Positions 38,665 to 46,992 of a stretch of DNA of 64,000 bases are shown piece by piece. This DNA is from Silicimonas sp. GTDB taxonomy: Bacteria > Pseudomonadota > Alphaproteobacteria > Rhodobacterales > Rhodobacteraceae. The translations under genes were made by a program, and so were the position numbers. Within the stretch, counting starts at the first letter, position 1, and the number at the start of each line of letters is the position of its first letter. The notes below the pieces were generated by a model that was given only the letters and a program-made list of their open reading frames with translations, searched no databases and was not told the DNA's origin. Location: contig JAJDUZ010000040.1 of assembly GCA_022826385.1 (NCBI GenBank), forward strand, positions 1,706-65,705, given 5' to 3'.

Positions 38665-39735
38665 TCAGTGCCCCGACTGGTCGTAATCCCACGCCACCTT
38701 TTCGGAGGAAACCGGGTAACTTTGGCAGGTCAGGATGAAGCCCGCGTCGACTTCGTCATCTTCCAGCGCGTGGTTTGCGATCATCTCGACCCGGCCTTCG
38801 ACAAGTCGGGCCCGGCAGGTCGAGCAAACACCGCCCTTGCAGGCAAATGGCGCATCGATGTTCCGGGCCAGCGCAGCCTCCAGCAGGCTTGTGCCGGGCT
38901 GAATGGTCAGCTTGCGGGTTTCCCCGCTCAGCGTGACCTGGCCTTCAATGCCGACTTCGCTCGTCGTCGCGGTCCGGGGGCGTTGCGGGGCGCGCCCGGG
39001 CTGGGCGCCGGTAAAGAGTTCATAGCGAATGCGGTCGCGGTCCAGCCCGTGCTGCGTCAGGCTGTCGGTTACCGTTGTCATCATCGCTTCGGGGCCGCAG
39101 ATATAGACCTGCGTGACGCCTGCAAGATCGATCCAGCGGGCAAAGAGATCGCGGCATTTCTCGGCATCGATCCGACCGCGGAACAGCTCGATTTCCTGAC
39201 TGTCGTCGGAGAGAACATGGATGACGTTCAGCCGCCCCATATAGAGGTTTTTCAGGTCTTCGAGTTCATCCCTGAACATGACGGTCGTTGCGTTCCGGTT
39301 GCCATAGACAAGGGTGACCCGGGTGTCGTCCTGGTTTGCCAGCGCGGTTTTCACGATGGACAGAACCGGCGTGATGCCGGACCCCGCGGCAAAGGCGAGG
39401 ATGTGTGGCGCCTCGGCCGTGTCGCGCGTGTGGAACTTGCCCATGGGCGGCATCGCCTCGATCACATCGCCCGGAGCAAGATCGGTGTTGGCCCAGGTGG
39501 AAAACGTCCCGCCCTCGACTCGCTTGATCCCAACTTGCAGCACACCGTCGCAGGTGCCCGCGCAGATCGAATAGGACCGGCGCAGCTCGGTGCCGTCGAA
39601 ATCGCGCCGGAAGGTCAGGTATTGGCCTTGGGTAAAGCTGAAATCGGCACCGTTCTCGGGCCTCAGCGTCACCACGACCGCGTCGCGGGTGGTATGGCGG
39701 ATATCCGTAACGGTCAGGGGATGGAACTGGGCCAT
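38665..39735 (-). CDS. paaE: 1,2-phenylacetyl-CoA epoxidase reductase subunit
   Basis: FNR-like RSYSIC FAD motif, NAD domain, and C-terminal plant-type 2Fe-2S CxxxxCxxC (CKGGVCSTC). ATG 39735 (MAQFHPLTV). Confidence 0.9.
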   Translation of the reverse strand: MAQFHPLTVTDIRHTTRDAVVVTLRPENGADFSFTQGQYLTFRRDFDGTELRRSYSICAGTCDGVLQVGIKRVEGGTFSTWANTDLAPGDVIEAMPPMGKFHTRDTAEAPHILAFAAGSGITPVLSIVKTALANQDDTRVTLVYGNRNATTVMFRDELEDLKNLYMGRLNVIHVLSDDSQEIELFRGRIDAEKCRDLFARWIDLAGVTQVYICGPEAMMTTVTDSLTQHGLDRDRIRYELFTGAQPGRAPQRPRTATTSEVGIEGQVTLSGETRKLTIQPGTSLLEAALARNIDAPFACKGGVCSTCRARLVEGRVEMIANHALEDDEVDAGFILTCQSYPVSSEKVAWDYDQSGH

Positions 39736-39745
39736 GTGGCTTGCC

Positions 39746-40216
39746 TCAGATGCACTTGAAATAATCGAAGGGTTCAAGACAGGCTGTGCAGCGCCATTGC
39801 GCCTTGCAGGGGGTCGAGCCAAAGGCGCTGATCTTCTCGACCTCGGTGGATTTGCAATGCGGGCAGCGTTCGGGGCCGCCTGCGACCTGCGGTGGCGCGA
39901 TGCCATAGGTTTCCAGCCTGGCGCGGCCCTTGTCAGACAGCCAGTCTGTCGTCCATGGTGGTGCGATGCGCGTGTCGAGTTCAAGCTGGTGGACGCCGTG
40001 TTTGGCCAGAGCCGTTTCAATATCCATCGCGATCACGGCCATCGCCGGGCAGCCTGAATAGGTGGGCGTTATGGTGACTTTGACCCTGCCATCCGTCACG
40101 GTGACATCGCGGATCACGCCCAGATCCACGACCGAGATCACCGGGATCTCGGGGTCGGGCACGGTGTCGAGCCATGCCCAGATCTGGGCTGTCGTGATAT
40201 CGGTGGCAACGGACAT
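39746..40216 (-). CDS. paaD: Phenylacetyl-CoA epoxidase subunit PaaD
   Basis: …VPDPEIPVISVVDLGVIRDV…TPTYSGCPA…CPHC…FGSTPCKAQWRCTACLEPFDYFKCI matches E. coli PaaD as recalled. A GTG at 40228 is an alternative start. Confidence 0.88.
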   Translation of the reverse strand: MSVATDITTAQIWAWLDTVPDPEIPVISVVDLGVIRDVTVTDGRVKVTITPTYSGCPAMAVIAMDIETALAKHGVHQLELDTRIAPPWTTDWLSDKGRARLETYGIAPPQVAGGPERCPHCKSTEVEKISAFGSTPCKAQWRCTACLEPFDYFKCI

Positions 40217-40221
40217 GGCGG

Positions 40222-40992
40222 TTACCACGCCGCGCCCGGATGCGAGCGTTGCAGGACCTGCATGGTGGCCAGCATATGGCCCAGATGCTCGGTATGGCGG
40301 GTGCCGGTGCGGCCGCCCTTGTGGCTGAAGGTGCTGTCGGGCGTGGTCAGTGTGGCCGAAGTCATCACCTCTGCGACCTTGCCCCGCCAGCCCGTGTGCA
40401 GAGTCGAGGGCAAGGGCGCGATCCCGGCCCCCGACATCGCGGCATCGGTGGCGTCATCTGCGAACATCTCGCCCGTATAAGGCCAGAGATAGTCGAGCGC
40501 CGCCTGCATGCGCGAGTTGCTGACCTCGGTTCCGTCGCCAAGGGCGATCACCGTTTCTGACGAGCGATCAAGGTGATAGAGCGCTTCCTTCAACGACTTG
40601 GCCGCAATCCCTGCGACGCGTTCATCGGTCGAGCCTTGCAGCGCATCGAGCCACGGCACCTGGAACGCATCGAAGAAGAACTGGCGCAGGATGGTGCGCC
40701 CGAAATCCTCGTTCGGGACTTCCAGCATCAGGAGGTTCTTGAAGTCATAGGCGTCGCGCCGGAAGGCCAGATCATTGGCGGTGCGACCCGTGCCTTCAAC
40801 CTCGGCGGCATAGCCCAGCCAAAGCTGGGTCTGGCCGATCAGGTCAAGCGCGGTGTTGGCCAGGGCGATGTCTTCTTCCAGCGCGGGCGCGGTGCCGCAC
40901 CATTCCGAGGTGCGATGACCAAGGACCAGCGTGTTGTCGCCCTGCCGCAGAAGGAACGCGACCAGATGATCTTTAAGCGTTTGATCCATCAC
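40222..40992 (-). CDS. paaC: Phenylacetyl-CoA epoxidase structural subunit PaaC
   Basis: Ferritin-like helical protein in the canonical position. 4-nt overlap with paaB. Confidence 0.85.
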   Translation of the reverse strand: MMDQTLKDHLVAFLLRQGDNTLVLGHRTSEWCGTAPALEEDIALANTALDLIGQTQLWLGYAAEVEGTGRTANDLAFRRDAYDFKNLLMLEVPNEDFGRTILRQFFFDAFQVPWLDALQGSTDERVAGIAAKSLKEALYHLDRSSETVIALGDGTEVSNSRMQAALDYLWPYTGEMFADDATDAAMSGAGIAPLPSTLHTGWRGKVAEVMTSATLTTPDSTFSHKGGRTGTRHTEHLGHMLATMQVLQRSHPGAAW

Positions 40993-41273
40993 ATGTTTCC
41001 CGCATCATCGGGGACGTCGTAGAAGGTCGGGTGACGATAGACCTTGTCGCGGGCCGGGTCATAGAGCGGGCCTTTTTCGGACGGGTTGGAGGCGGCGATA
41101 TGCGCGGCCTCGACCACCCAGATGCTGACGCCCTCGTTCCGGCGTGTATAGACGTCGCGCGCGTTGCGAATGGCGTGTTCGGCGTTGGCGGCATGCAGCG
41201 AGCCGACATGGCGATGGCTCATGCCGTGGGCGCCACGAATGAAGACTTCCCAGAGGGGCCATTCCTTGCTCAT
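40989..41273 (-). CDS. paaB: Phenylacetyl-CoA epoxidase subunit PaaB
   Basis: MSKEWPLWEVFIRGAHGMSHRHVGSLHA…IWVV… is the highly conserved PaaB sequence. ATG 41273 is chosen inside the track ORF. Confidence 0.9.
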   Translation of the reverse strand: MSKEWPLWEVFIRGAHGMSHRHVGSLHAANAEHAIRNARDVYTRRNEGVSIWVVEAAHIAASNPSEKGPLYDPARDKVYRHPTFYDVPDDAGNM

Positions 41274-41277
41274 GCGA

Positions 41278-41781
41278 TCACTCCGCAGCTTGGGGCAGGC
41301 AGCGTTCATCCTGCCAGCGGGTTGCACCGGGGGCCTCGGCCCAGCCAAAGGCGGTGGCACTTGGGCCTTGGGTATCGAGATGGGTCAGGCGGCGCATGGC
41401 GTCGCCCGGCGTGAAGGTCTCGCCCGGGGGCAGCCACCACATCGCGAAATGCATGGAGCCCAAGGCGTCGAACCATTCGGCACGGCGGTGGTAGAACTGC
41501 TTGTGGACCGTGCCCCAGACGAAGGTTTCCAGAGCCGCCGCATCGCGCCAGATCGAGGCGTTGAAGATCACCATCGGGTCGTCGACCACTTGCGTGTCCG
41601 TCGCGTTCCCGGTGCCATCGATGAAGCGCCAGACAAACCCGTCCATTCGCTCGGCCAGGGTGTTGATCTGCTCCAGTGCGTTGGCGAAATCGGCGGTGCG
41701 CGGGTCATCGAGCGGCGCCTTCAGGCGGGCGATATTGACCTCGGCCAGGTGCCAGTCGGGGGCAGGGGGCTGGACGATCAT
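41278..41781 (-). CDS. DUF3291-like protein inserted between paaA and paaB
   Basis: 167 aa ([44 protein letters not shown]…FVWRF…). ATGA overlap with the paaA stop (41778..41781) and only 4 nt before the paaB ATG. The family assignment is from memory. Confidence 0.6.
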   Translation of the reverse strand: MIVQPPAPDWHLAEVNIARLKAPLDDPRTADFANALEQINTLAERMDGFVWRFIDGTGNATDTQVVDDPMVIFNASIWRDAAALETFVWGTVHKQFYHRRAEWFDALGSMHFAMWWLPPGETFTPGDAMRRLTHLDTQGPSATAFGWAEAPGATRWQDERCLPQAAE

Positions 41782-42755
41782 TCCGCAGCCACCTTTCTTG
41801 CGCGCTTCTTCTCGGCATGGGCGACCATCGCGTCGCGCACCCACGCGCCGTCGTCCCACGCCTTCTGTCGCGCGGACATTCGCTCGACATTGCACGGGCC
41901 GTTGTCGGCCAGCACGTCGTGGAACTCGGACCAGTCGGGCTGGGTGAAATCGTAATGGCCCGTGTCTTCGTTAAGCGTCAGTGCCTCGTCCGGGATCGTC
42001 AGGCCGAGATACGCAGCTTGCGGGGCGGTCTCGTCGACGAATTTCTGGCGGAGCTCGTCATTGGTGTTCATCTTGATCCGCCATTTCATCGACTGCGCCG
42101 AATGCACACTGTCCTTGTCGGACGGGCCGAACATCATCAGGGCCGGGTACCAGAACCGGTTGAGCGCATCCTGCGCCATGCGTTTCTGTTCGGGCGTGCC
42201 GTTCACCATCGCCATCATGATGTGGAAGCCCTGCCGCTGGTGGAAGCTTTCTTCCTTGCAGATGCGCACCATGGCGCGGGCATATGGGCCGTAGGAGGTG
42301 CGCTGCAGTGGCACCTGGTTCATGATCGCGGCCCCGTCGACCAGCCAGCCGACTGCGCCCATATCGGCCCATGTCAGCGTCGGATAGTTGAAGATCGAGC
42401 TGTATTTCATCCGGCCGGACAGCAGCTGCTCGGTCAGGTCGTCGCGACTGACGCCCAGTGTCTCGGCGGCGCAATAGAGATAGAGACCGTGCCCCGCCTC
42501 GTCCTGCACCTTGGCCAGCAGGTTGGCCTTGCGTTCCAGCGTTGGGGCGCGGGTGATCCAGTTGCCCTCGGGGAGCTGGCCGACGATCTCGGAATGGGCG
42601 TGCTGGCCGATCTGGCGGATCAGCGTCTTGCGATAGCCTTCGGGCATCCAGTCCTTGGGTTCGATCTTCTCGCCCGCGTCGATCCGTGCCTGAAAGGCAG
42701 CGAGCTTTTCGGGATCGTCTTCGGTGGCTTCGGACTTAATCATCTGTGCGTACAT
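41778..42755 (-). CDS. paaA: 1,2-phenylacetyl-CoA epoxidase catalytic subunit
   Basis: Di-iron ferritin-like oxygenase (…[11 protein letters not shown]…, …EESFHQRQG…), 325 aa. Confidence 0.93.
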   Translation of the reverse strand: MYAQMIKSEATEDDPEKLAAFQARIDAGEKIEPKDWMPEGYRKTLIRQIGQHAHSEIVGQLPEGNWITRAPTLERKANLLAKVQDEAGHGLYLYCAAETLGVSRDDLTEQLLSGRMKYSSIFNYPTLTWADMGAVGWLVDGAAIMNQVPLQRTSYGPYARAMVRICKEESFHQRQGFHIMMAMVNGTPEQKRMAQDALNRFWYPALMMFGPSDKDSVHSAQSMKWRIKMNTNDELRQKFVDETAPQAAYLGLTIPDEALTLNEDTGHYDFTQPDWSEFHDVLADNGPCNVERMSARQKAWDDGAWVRDAMVAHAEKKRARKVAAE

Positions 42756-42765
42756 TGACTTACCA

Positions 42766-42866
42766 TCCTATCGCTTTGCTACTTGAGGACATGACTTGCT
42801 GTCCTATCGCTTTGCTACTTGAGGACATGGAGCTATCGTCCTATCGCTATGATTGTTCGAGACATT
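42766..42866 (-). repeat. Three tandem 28-bp repeats (period 36-37 bp) in the paaJ-paaA intergenic region
   Basis: Copies at 42766..42793 and 42802..42829 are identical (TCCTATCGCTTTGCTACTTGAGGACATG). The copy at 42839..42866 matches at 20/28 positions. Read on the transcribed (minus) strand, each unit is ATGTCC…GCGATAGGA. Confidence 0.9.
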
Positions 42867-42867
42867 T

Positions 42868-44064
42868 TCAGACCCTCTCCAGGATCAGCGCCACGCCTTG
42901 GCCGACGCCGACGCACATGGTGCAAAGCGCATAGCGCCCGCCGCTGCGTCGCAACTGATAGGCGGCTGTCATCACCAGCCGCGCGCCTGACATGCCCAGC
43001 GGGTGACCAAGCGCGATCGCCCCGCCATTCGGGTTCACATGGGCCGCGTCGTCGGGCAGGCCCAATTGGCGCAGCACGGCCAGGCCTTGCGCGGCAAAGG
43101 CTTCGTTCAGTTCGATCACGTCCATCTGATCGAGGTTGAGGCCGGTGCGGTCCAGCACTTTGCGAACGGCAGGCACCGGGCCAATGCCCATGATCCGGGG
43201 TGCGACGCCGGCCGCTGCCATGCCCACCACGCGCGCCAGCGGGTCGTGCGCCTTGGCCGCAGCTTCATCCCCCAACAGAAGCGCGGCCGCGCCGTCATTG
43301 ACGCCCGAGGCGTTCCCGGCGGTGACGGTCAGGTTGGGGCCGTTGACGCCCCTGAGTTTGGCAAGCTTTGCCGCATCGGTGCCGGGGCGCGGGTGTTCGT
43401 CGATGTCGAATACAATGGGCGCGCCCTTGCGTTGGGGAATGCTGACCGCCATCACCTCGTCCGCGAAATGGCCAGCGTCGGCGGCTGCCGCATAGCGCGC
43501 CTGGCTGCGGGCGGCGAAGGCATCCTGATCCTCACGGCTGATCCCGAATTCCTCGGCCACGTTGTCGGCGGTCTCGGGCATTGAATCCGTGCCGTAAGCC
43601 GCTTTCATCGCCGGGTTCACGAAGCGCCAGCCGATGGTGGTGTCGTAAACGGCATTGGCGCGGCTGAACCCGGCCTCGGCCTTGGGCATGACGAAGGGCG
43701 CGCGGCTCATGCTTTCGACGCCGCCCGCGATGGCCAGCCGATAGTCGCCCGCCTTGATCCCGCGCGCGGCCATTCCGACCGCATCCATCCCCGAGCCACA
43801 AAGCCGGTTGATTGTGGTACCGGGCACCGTGTCAGGCAGACCGGCCAGCAACGCGGCCATGCGCGCGACGTTACGGTTGTCCTCGCCCGCCTGGTTGGCG
43901 TCGCCCAGGATCACATCATCGATGTCACCGAAGTTCAGACCCGGATTGCGCCGCACCAGTTCGGCAAGCGGCAAGGCGGCCAGATCGTCGGTCCGAACCG
44001 AGGACAACGCCCCGCCATAGCGGCCGATCGGGGTGCGCACGGCGTCGATCAGAAATGCGTCCAT
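42868..44064 (-). CDS. paaJ: 3-oxoadipyl-CoA / 3-oxo-5,6-dehydrosuberyl-CoA thiolase
   Basis: Thiolase I blocks …[12 protein letters not shown]…, …NEAFAAQ…, …[20 protein letters not shown]…. ATG 44064 ([18 protein letters not shown]). Confidence 0.88.
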   Translation of the reverse strand: MDAFLIDAVRTPIGRYGGALSSVRTDDLAALPLAELVRRNPGLNFGDIDDVILGDANQAGEDNRNVARMAALLAGLPDTVPGTTINRLCGSGMDAVGMAARGIKAGDYRLAIAGGVESMSRAPFVMPKAEAGFSRANAVYDTTIGWRFVNPAMKAAYGTDSMPETADNVAEEFGISREDQDAFAARSQARYAAAADAGHFADEVMAVSIPQRKGAPIVFDIDEHPRPGTDAAKLAKLRGVNGPNLTVTAGNASGVNDGAAALLLGDEAAAKAHDPLARVVGMAAAGVAPRIMGIGPVPAVRKVLDRTGLNLDQMDVIELNEAFAAQGLAVLRQLGLPDDAAHVNPNGGAIALGHPLGMSGARLVMTAAYQLRRSGGRYALCTMCVGVGQGVALILERV

Positions 44065-44095
44065 TGGGCGTGATCCTCCTTGGGGCAAAGTTTAC

Positions 44096-44134
44096 ATGTT
44101 ACGAAAATATCAATCAAGAAATATATGGTAACAT
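44096..44134. promoter_or_regulatory. Widely spaced inverted repeat ATGTTAC-N25-GTAACAT in the AT-rich promoter of the paaJ-paaABCDE operon (candidate PaaX operator)
   Basis: 7-bp arms at 44096..44102 and 44128..44134 flank an AT-rich 25-bp spacer. The site lies 32-70 bp upstream of the paaJ ATG. Confidence 0.35.
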
Positions 44135-44148
44135 TTTAGGGCGAGCGA

Positions 44149-44883
44149 TCAGCCTTCGGACGGCCCCACGATGGTTCTGGAGGTCTCGGCAAAGACCCTC
44201 ACCATGCTTTGGTGGCAATCCGCCATAGTGCCCTCCGGGAAGAGCCCGATATGCGCCCATGTTTCGGCCCTGAGCGCCATCTTGCGCCAGTAATGCAGGA
44301 ACATCAGTCGCAGCGCGCGATCTGCGGTTGCGTTGCGGGGGCGGGCGAGAAACCCGGTGGCCAAAACGCTCAGTTCTTTGGCTTGGTCAAGGATGTGTGG
44401 CGGCACAAGCGTCCCTTCGACCCAGCGGGGTAGGGCTGTCTCCGGGGTCAGTTCCACGCAGTCTTTGGGCACGGGGTCAGACCCTCTGGGCGCAACGATG
44501 ACTTGAGGCGCAATGGCAAGTGCCAGTCCCACGGGTGTCGTATCCGTTGAACAGAGATACAGGCTCCAACCTTCGGCGGGCTTCGGCGTCGTTCGATACA
44601 CATCCTCTTGCGCGGCCAGCGTTTCCATCCGCGCCTTTGGCGAAAGCCCATAGATCACTTCGCGCCCCGACTTCTGGGTCTCAATCCAGCCGTCCTTCTT
44701 CAGGCGGTGCAACGCGACGCGCGCGGTTTCGGGCTTGATCCGCAGGTCGGCCAGAAGACCGCCAAGCGCTTTGCCTGACAGGTGCTCGCCGTCCAGATCG
44801 CCAAAGACTGTGGCGATCAGCGACCACGTCTTGGTCGGCTCAAGCGCCAGCAAGCGGTCAAGGATGGGATCGGGGTCGGTCAT
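44149..44883 (-). CDS. paaX: PaaX-family transcriptional regulator (short form, 244 aa)
   Basis: N-terminal wHTH …WSLIATVFGDL…ARVALHRLKKDGWIE… as in PaaX. Shorter than E. coli PaaX (~316 aa as I recall). Confidence 0.7.
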   Translation of the reverse strand: MTDPDPILDRLLALEPTKTWSLIATVFGDLDGEHLSGKALGGLLADLRIKPETARVALHRLKKDGWIETQKSGREVIYGLSPKARMETLAAQEDVYRTTPKPAEGWSLYLCSTDTTPVGLALAIAPQVIVAPRGSDPVPKDCVELTPETALPRWVEGTLVPPHILDQAKELSVLATGFLARPRNATADRALRLMFLHYWRKMALRAETWAHIGLFPEGTMADCHQSMVRVFAETSRTIVGPSEG

Positions 44884-44919
44884 GGCGGTGACCCTAGCCA
44901 GCCCGCAGGCAATCGCAAG

Positions 44920-45399
44920 TCAGGGTTTGGAATAGGCGTTCATGGTCAGAAGCTCGTATTCCGCCACCAGATCGTCGTCCTGATTGGTCAGCGTGACGTG
45001 CCAGCGGACTTCGCCATACGCCTCGTTCCGTGGTGTCTTCTGTTTCACGGTCAGCCGGACCTTCAGGCTGTCGCCCGGAACCACCGGCTTCATGAAGCGC
45101 AAGGCGTCAAGGCCGGTATTGGCCAGAACCGGCCCTTCGTCGGGTTGCACGAAAAGCCCGGCGGCGAAGCTCAGCAGCAGGTAGCCATGCGCGACACGTC
45201 CGGGGAAGAACGGGTTCCGGGCGGCGGCTGCGTCGTCCATATGGGCATAGAACGTGTCGCCGGTGAACTCGGCAAAATGGGCGACATCTTCGCTGGCAAT
45301 CTGGCGGGGGGGCGTGTGGAAGGTCTCGCCGATCTCGACCTCGTGGAAGGTGCGGGTGAAGGGGTGGTCGGCATGGGTGATCTCGGAAGCCCCCGGCAC
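44920..45399 (-). CDS. paaZ: PaaZ C-terminal half: MaoC-type (R)-hydratase / oxepin-CoA hydrolase domain
   Basis: …EDVAHFAEFTGDTFYAHMDDAAAARNPFFPGRVAHGYLLLSFAAGLF… follows the E. coli PaaZ C-domain. Its GTG start is the codon immediately after the in-frame TGA that ends the ALDH half. Confidence 0.8.
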   Translation of the reverse strand: MPGASEITHADHPFTRTFHEVEIGETFHTPPRQIASEDVAHFAEFTGDTFYAHMDDAAAARNPFFPGRVAHGYLLLSFAAGLFVQPDEGPVLANTGLDALRFMKPVVPGDSLKVRLTVKQKTPRNEAYGEVRWHVTLTNQDDDLVAEYELLTMNAYSKP

Positions 45400-46992
45400 T
45401 CATTTCCGGCCAATCGCCGTCAGCAGGTCCGGGCTGCCCTGAATGGCCGTGCGCTGCATGTAGTGCATCACGCCCCGCACGCCGCCCATCTCCTCGCCAC
45501 CGCCCGCGCGACCGGGGCCGCCATGCACCATGTGGGGCAGGGGCGAGCCGTGGCCGGTGCTTTCGCCCATGCTGTTGCGATTGTTGAAATAGAGCCGCCC
45601 GTGATAGGCGCCGGCCCCCATCGCCACCGTGCGGGCCACGTCGCCATCGCGGGTGATGACCGAGGTCACCAGACTGCCGTGCCCCCGGTTGGCCAGCTGA
45701 ATGGCGTGATCCAGATCGCGATAGGGCATGACGGTCGAGACCGGGCCGAAAGCTTCGACCTCGTGGACAGTGGTCGCGCGATCCGGGTCGGCGCAGTGAA
45801 AGAGCATCGGCGGCAGGAACGCGCCCGCCTCGGCGCTGGCGCCGTGAACCTCGAACCTGTCGGGGTTGCCGAAGACACGCTCGGCCTCGGCTCCGATCTG
45901 GTTGGCCTTGGCCAGCACATCGGCTTTCTGGCTGGCCGAGACGAGGGCGCCCATGCGGGTCGCGCTGTCCTTCGGGTTTCCGATGGTCGTTTTGGCAAGC
46001 GACGCCTGCAGCGCGTCGATGACGGCCGGGACATGGGGGTCCGGCGCGATGATCCGCCGGATCGCCGTGCATTTCTGACCCGCTTTCGTGGTCATTTCGC
46101 GGGTGACTTCCTTGATGAACAGGTCGAACTCGGGCGTGCCGGGCGCGGCGTCAGGGCCAAGGATCGAAGCATTCAGGCTGTCTTGTTCCGCAATGAAGCG
46201 GATCGAGTTCGCCAGGATATGCGGGGCGGATCGCAACTTCAGCGCGGTCTCGGCCGATCCGGTGAAGCTGACCACGTCCTGCACCGTCAGCCGGTCCAGC
46301 ATGTCGCCCAAACCGCCCGAGACCAGTTGTAGGGCGCCGTCTGGCAGAAGGCCGCTCTCCAGCATGAACCGCACCGCTAGTTCGGTGACATAGCAGCTCG
46401 CGGTCGCCGGTTTGACGATTGCGGGAACGCCTGCCAGCAGGGTGGGCGCCAGCTTTTCAAGCATCCCCCAGACCGGGAAGTTGAAGGCGTTGATGTGAAC
46501 CGCGACGCCTTGTAGGGGCGTGCAGATATGCTGGCCCAGAAAGGTGCCGTTCCGCGACAACTGCTCGACGCCGCCGTCGAGATAGACGTGATCGTCCGGC
46601 ATTTCGCGCCGCCCTTTCGAGGCGAAGACGAACATCGTGCCGATGCCGCCATCGATATCGATCAGGTGGTCTTTCTGGGTGGCGCCGGTGGCGAATGATA
46701 CGGCGTAAAGCTGGTCCTTGTGCTGGCCCAAATGCAGGGCAAGGGCTTTCACCAGCTTGGCGCGTTGGTGGAACGTCATTGCCCGCAACGCGGGGCCACC
46801 AACGTTGCGCGCGTGCCGCAGCATGGCCTCAGTATCCAGCGCACCATTGCCCGCCCGCGCGATCCGCTGGCCGGTAACGGCCGAATGGATGTCGCGGGCC
46901 GCGGCGTCGGGGCCGATCCATTCGCCTGCGGCAAAGCTCTGGACGTCGTGGACGTGATCGGGGTCGGTCTCGAAACGGGTCAGGTCAAGCAT
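45400..46992 (-). CDS. paaZ: PaaZ N-terminal half: aldehyde dehydrogenase domain, ended by an in-frame TGA
   Basis: ALDH fold with …GQKCTAIRR… (catalytic Cys) and …[31 protein letters not shown]…. ATG 46992 gives an 8-nt overlap with the upstream gene. The stop TGA is at 45400..45402. Confidence 0.8.
   Translation of the reverse strand: MLDLTRFETDPDHVHDVQSFAAGEWIGPDAAARDIHSAVTGQRIARAGNGALDTEAMLRHARNVGGPALRAMTFHQRAKLVKALALHLGQHKDQLYAVSFATGATQKDHLIDIDGGIGTMFVFASKGRREMPDDHVYLDGGVEQLSRNGTFLGQHICTPLQGVAVHINAFNFPVWGMLEKLAPTLLAGVPAIVKPATASCYVTELAVRFMLESGLLPDGALQLVSGGLGDMLDRLTVQDVVSFTGSAETALKLRSAPHILANSIRFIAEQDSLNASILGPDAAPGTPEFDLFIKEVTREMTTKAGQKCTAIRRIIAPDPHVPAVIDALQASLAKTTIGNPKDSATRMGALVSASQKADVLAKANQIGAEAERVFGNPDRFEVHGASAEAGAFLPPMLFHCADPDRATTVHEVEAFGPVSTVMPYRDLDHAIQLANRGHGSLVTSVITRDGDVARTVAMGAGAYHGRLYFNNRNSMGESTGHGSPLPHMVHGGPGRAGGGEEMGGVRGVMHYMQRTAIQGSPDLLTAIGRK

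Noticed and set aside
42766-42866. Could the three 28-bp repeats be a mini CRISPR array?
   Set aside because: The spacers are only 8-9 bp, there are three units, one unit is degenerate, no cas genes are in the window, and the array sits exactly in an operon-internal translation-initiation region.
42746-42934. 62-aa + strand ORF with an internally repeated peptide (PIALLLEDM x2)
   Set aside because: The peptide repeat is only the wrong-strand translation of the tandem 28-bp DNA repeats. The ORF also overlaps the 3' end of paaJ and the 5' end of paaA. The repeats themselves are reported as a finding.
45400-45402. The in-frame TGA in paaZ as selenocysteine, or as a genome-wide UGA-to-Trp reassignment
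   Set aside because: Many genes in this window terminate cleanly with TGA (frcC, copA, thiolase/paaJ, paaA and others), so UGA is a normal stop here. I see no SECIS-like hairpin immediately downstream, and a linker Trp position has no reason to be Sec. Local read-through or re-initiation remains possible and is covered in the finding.
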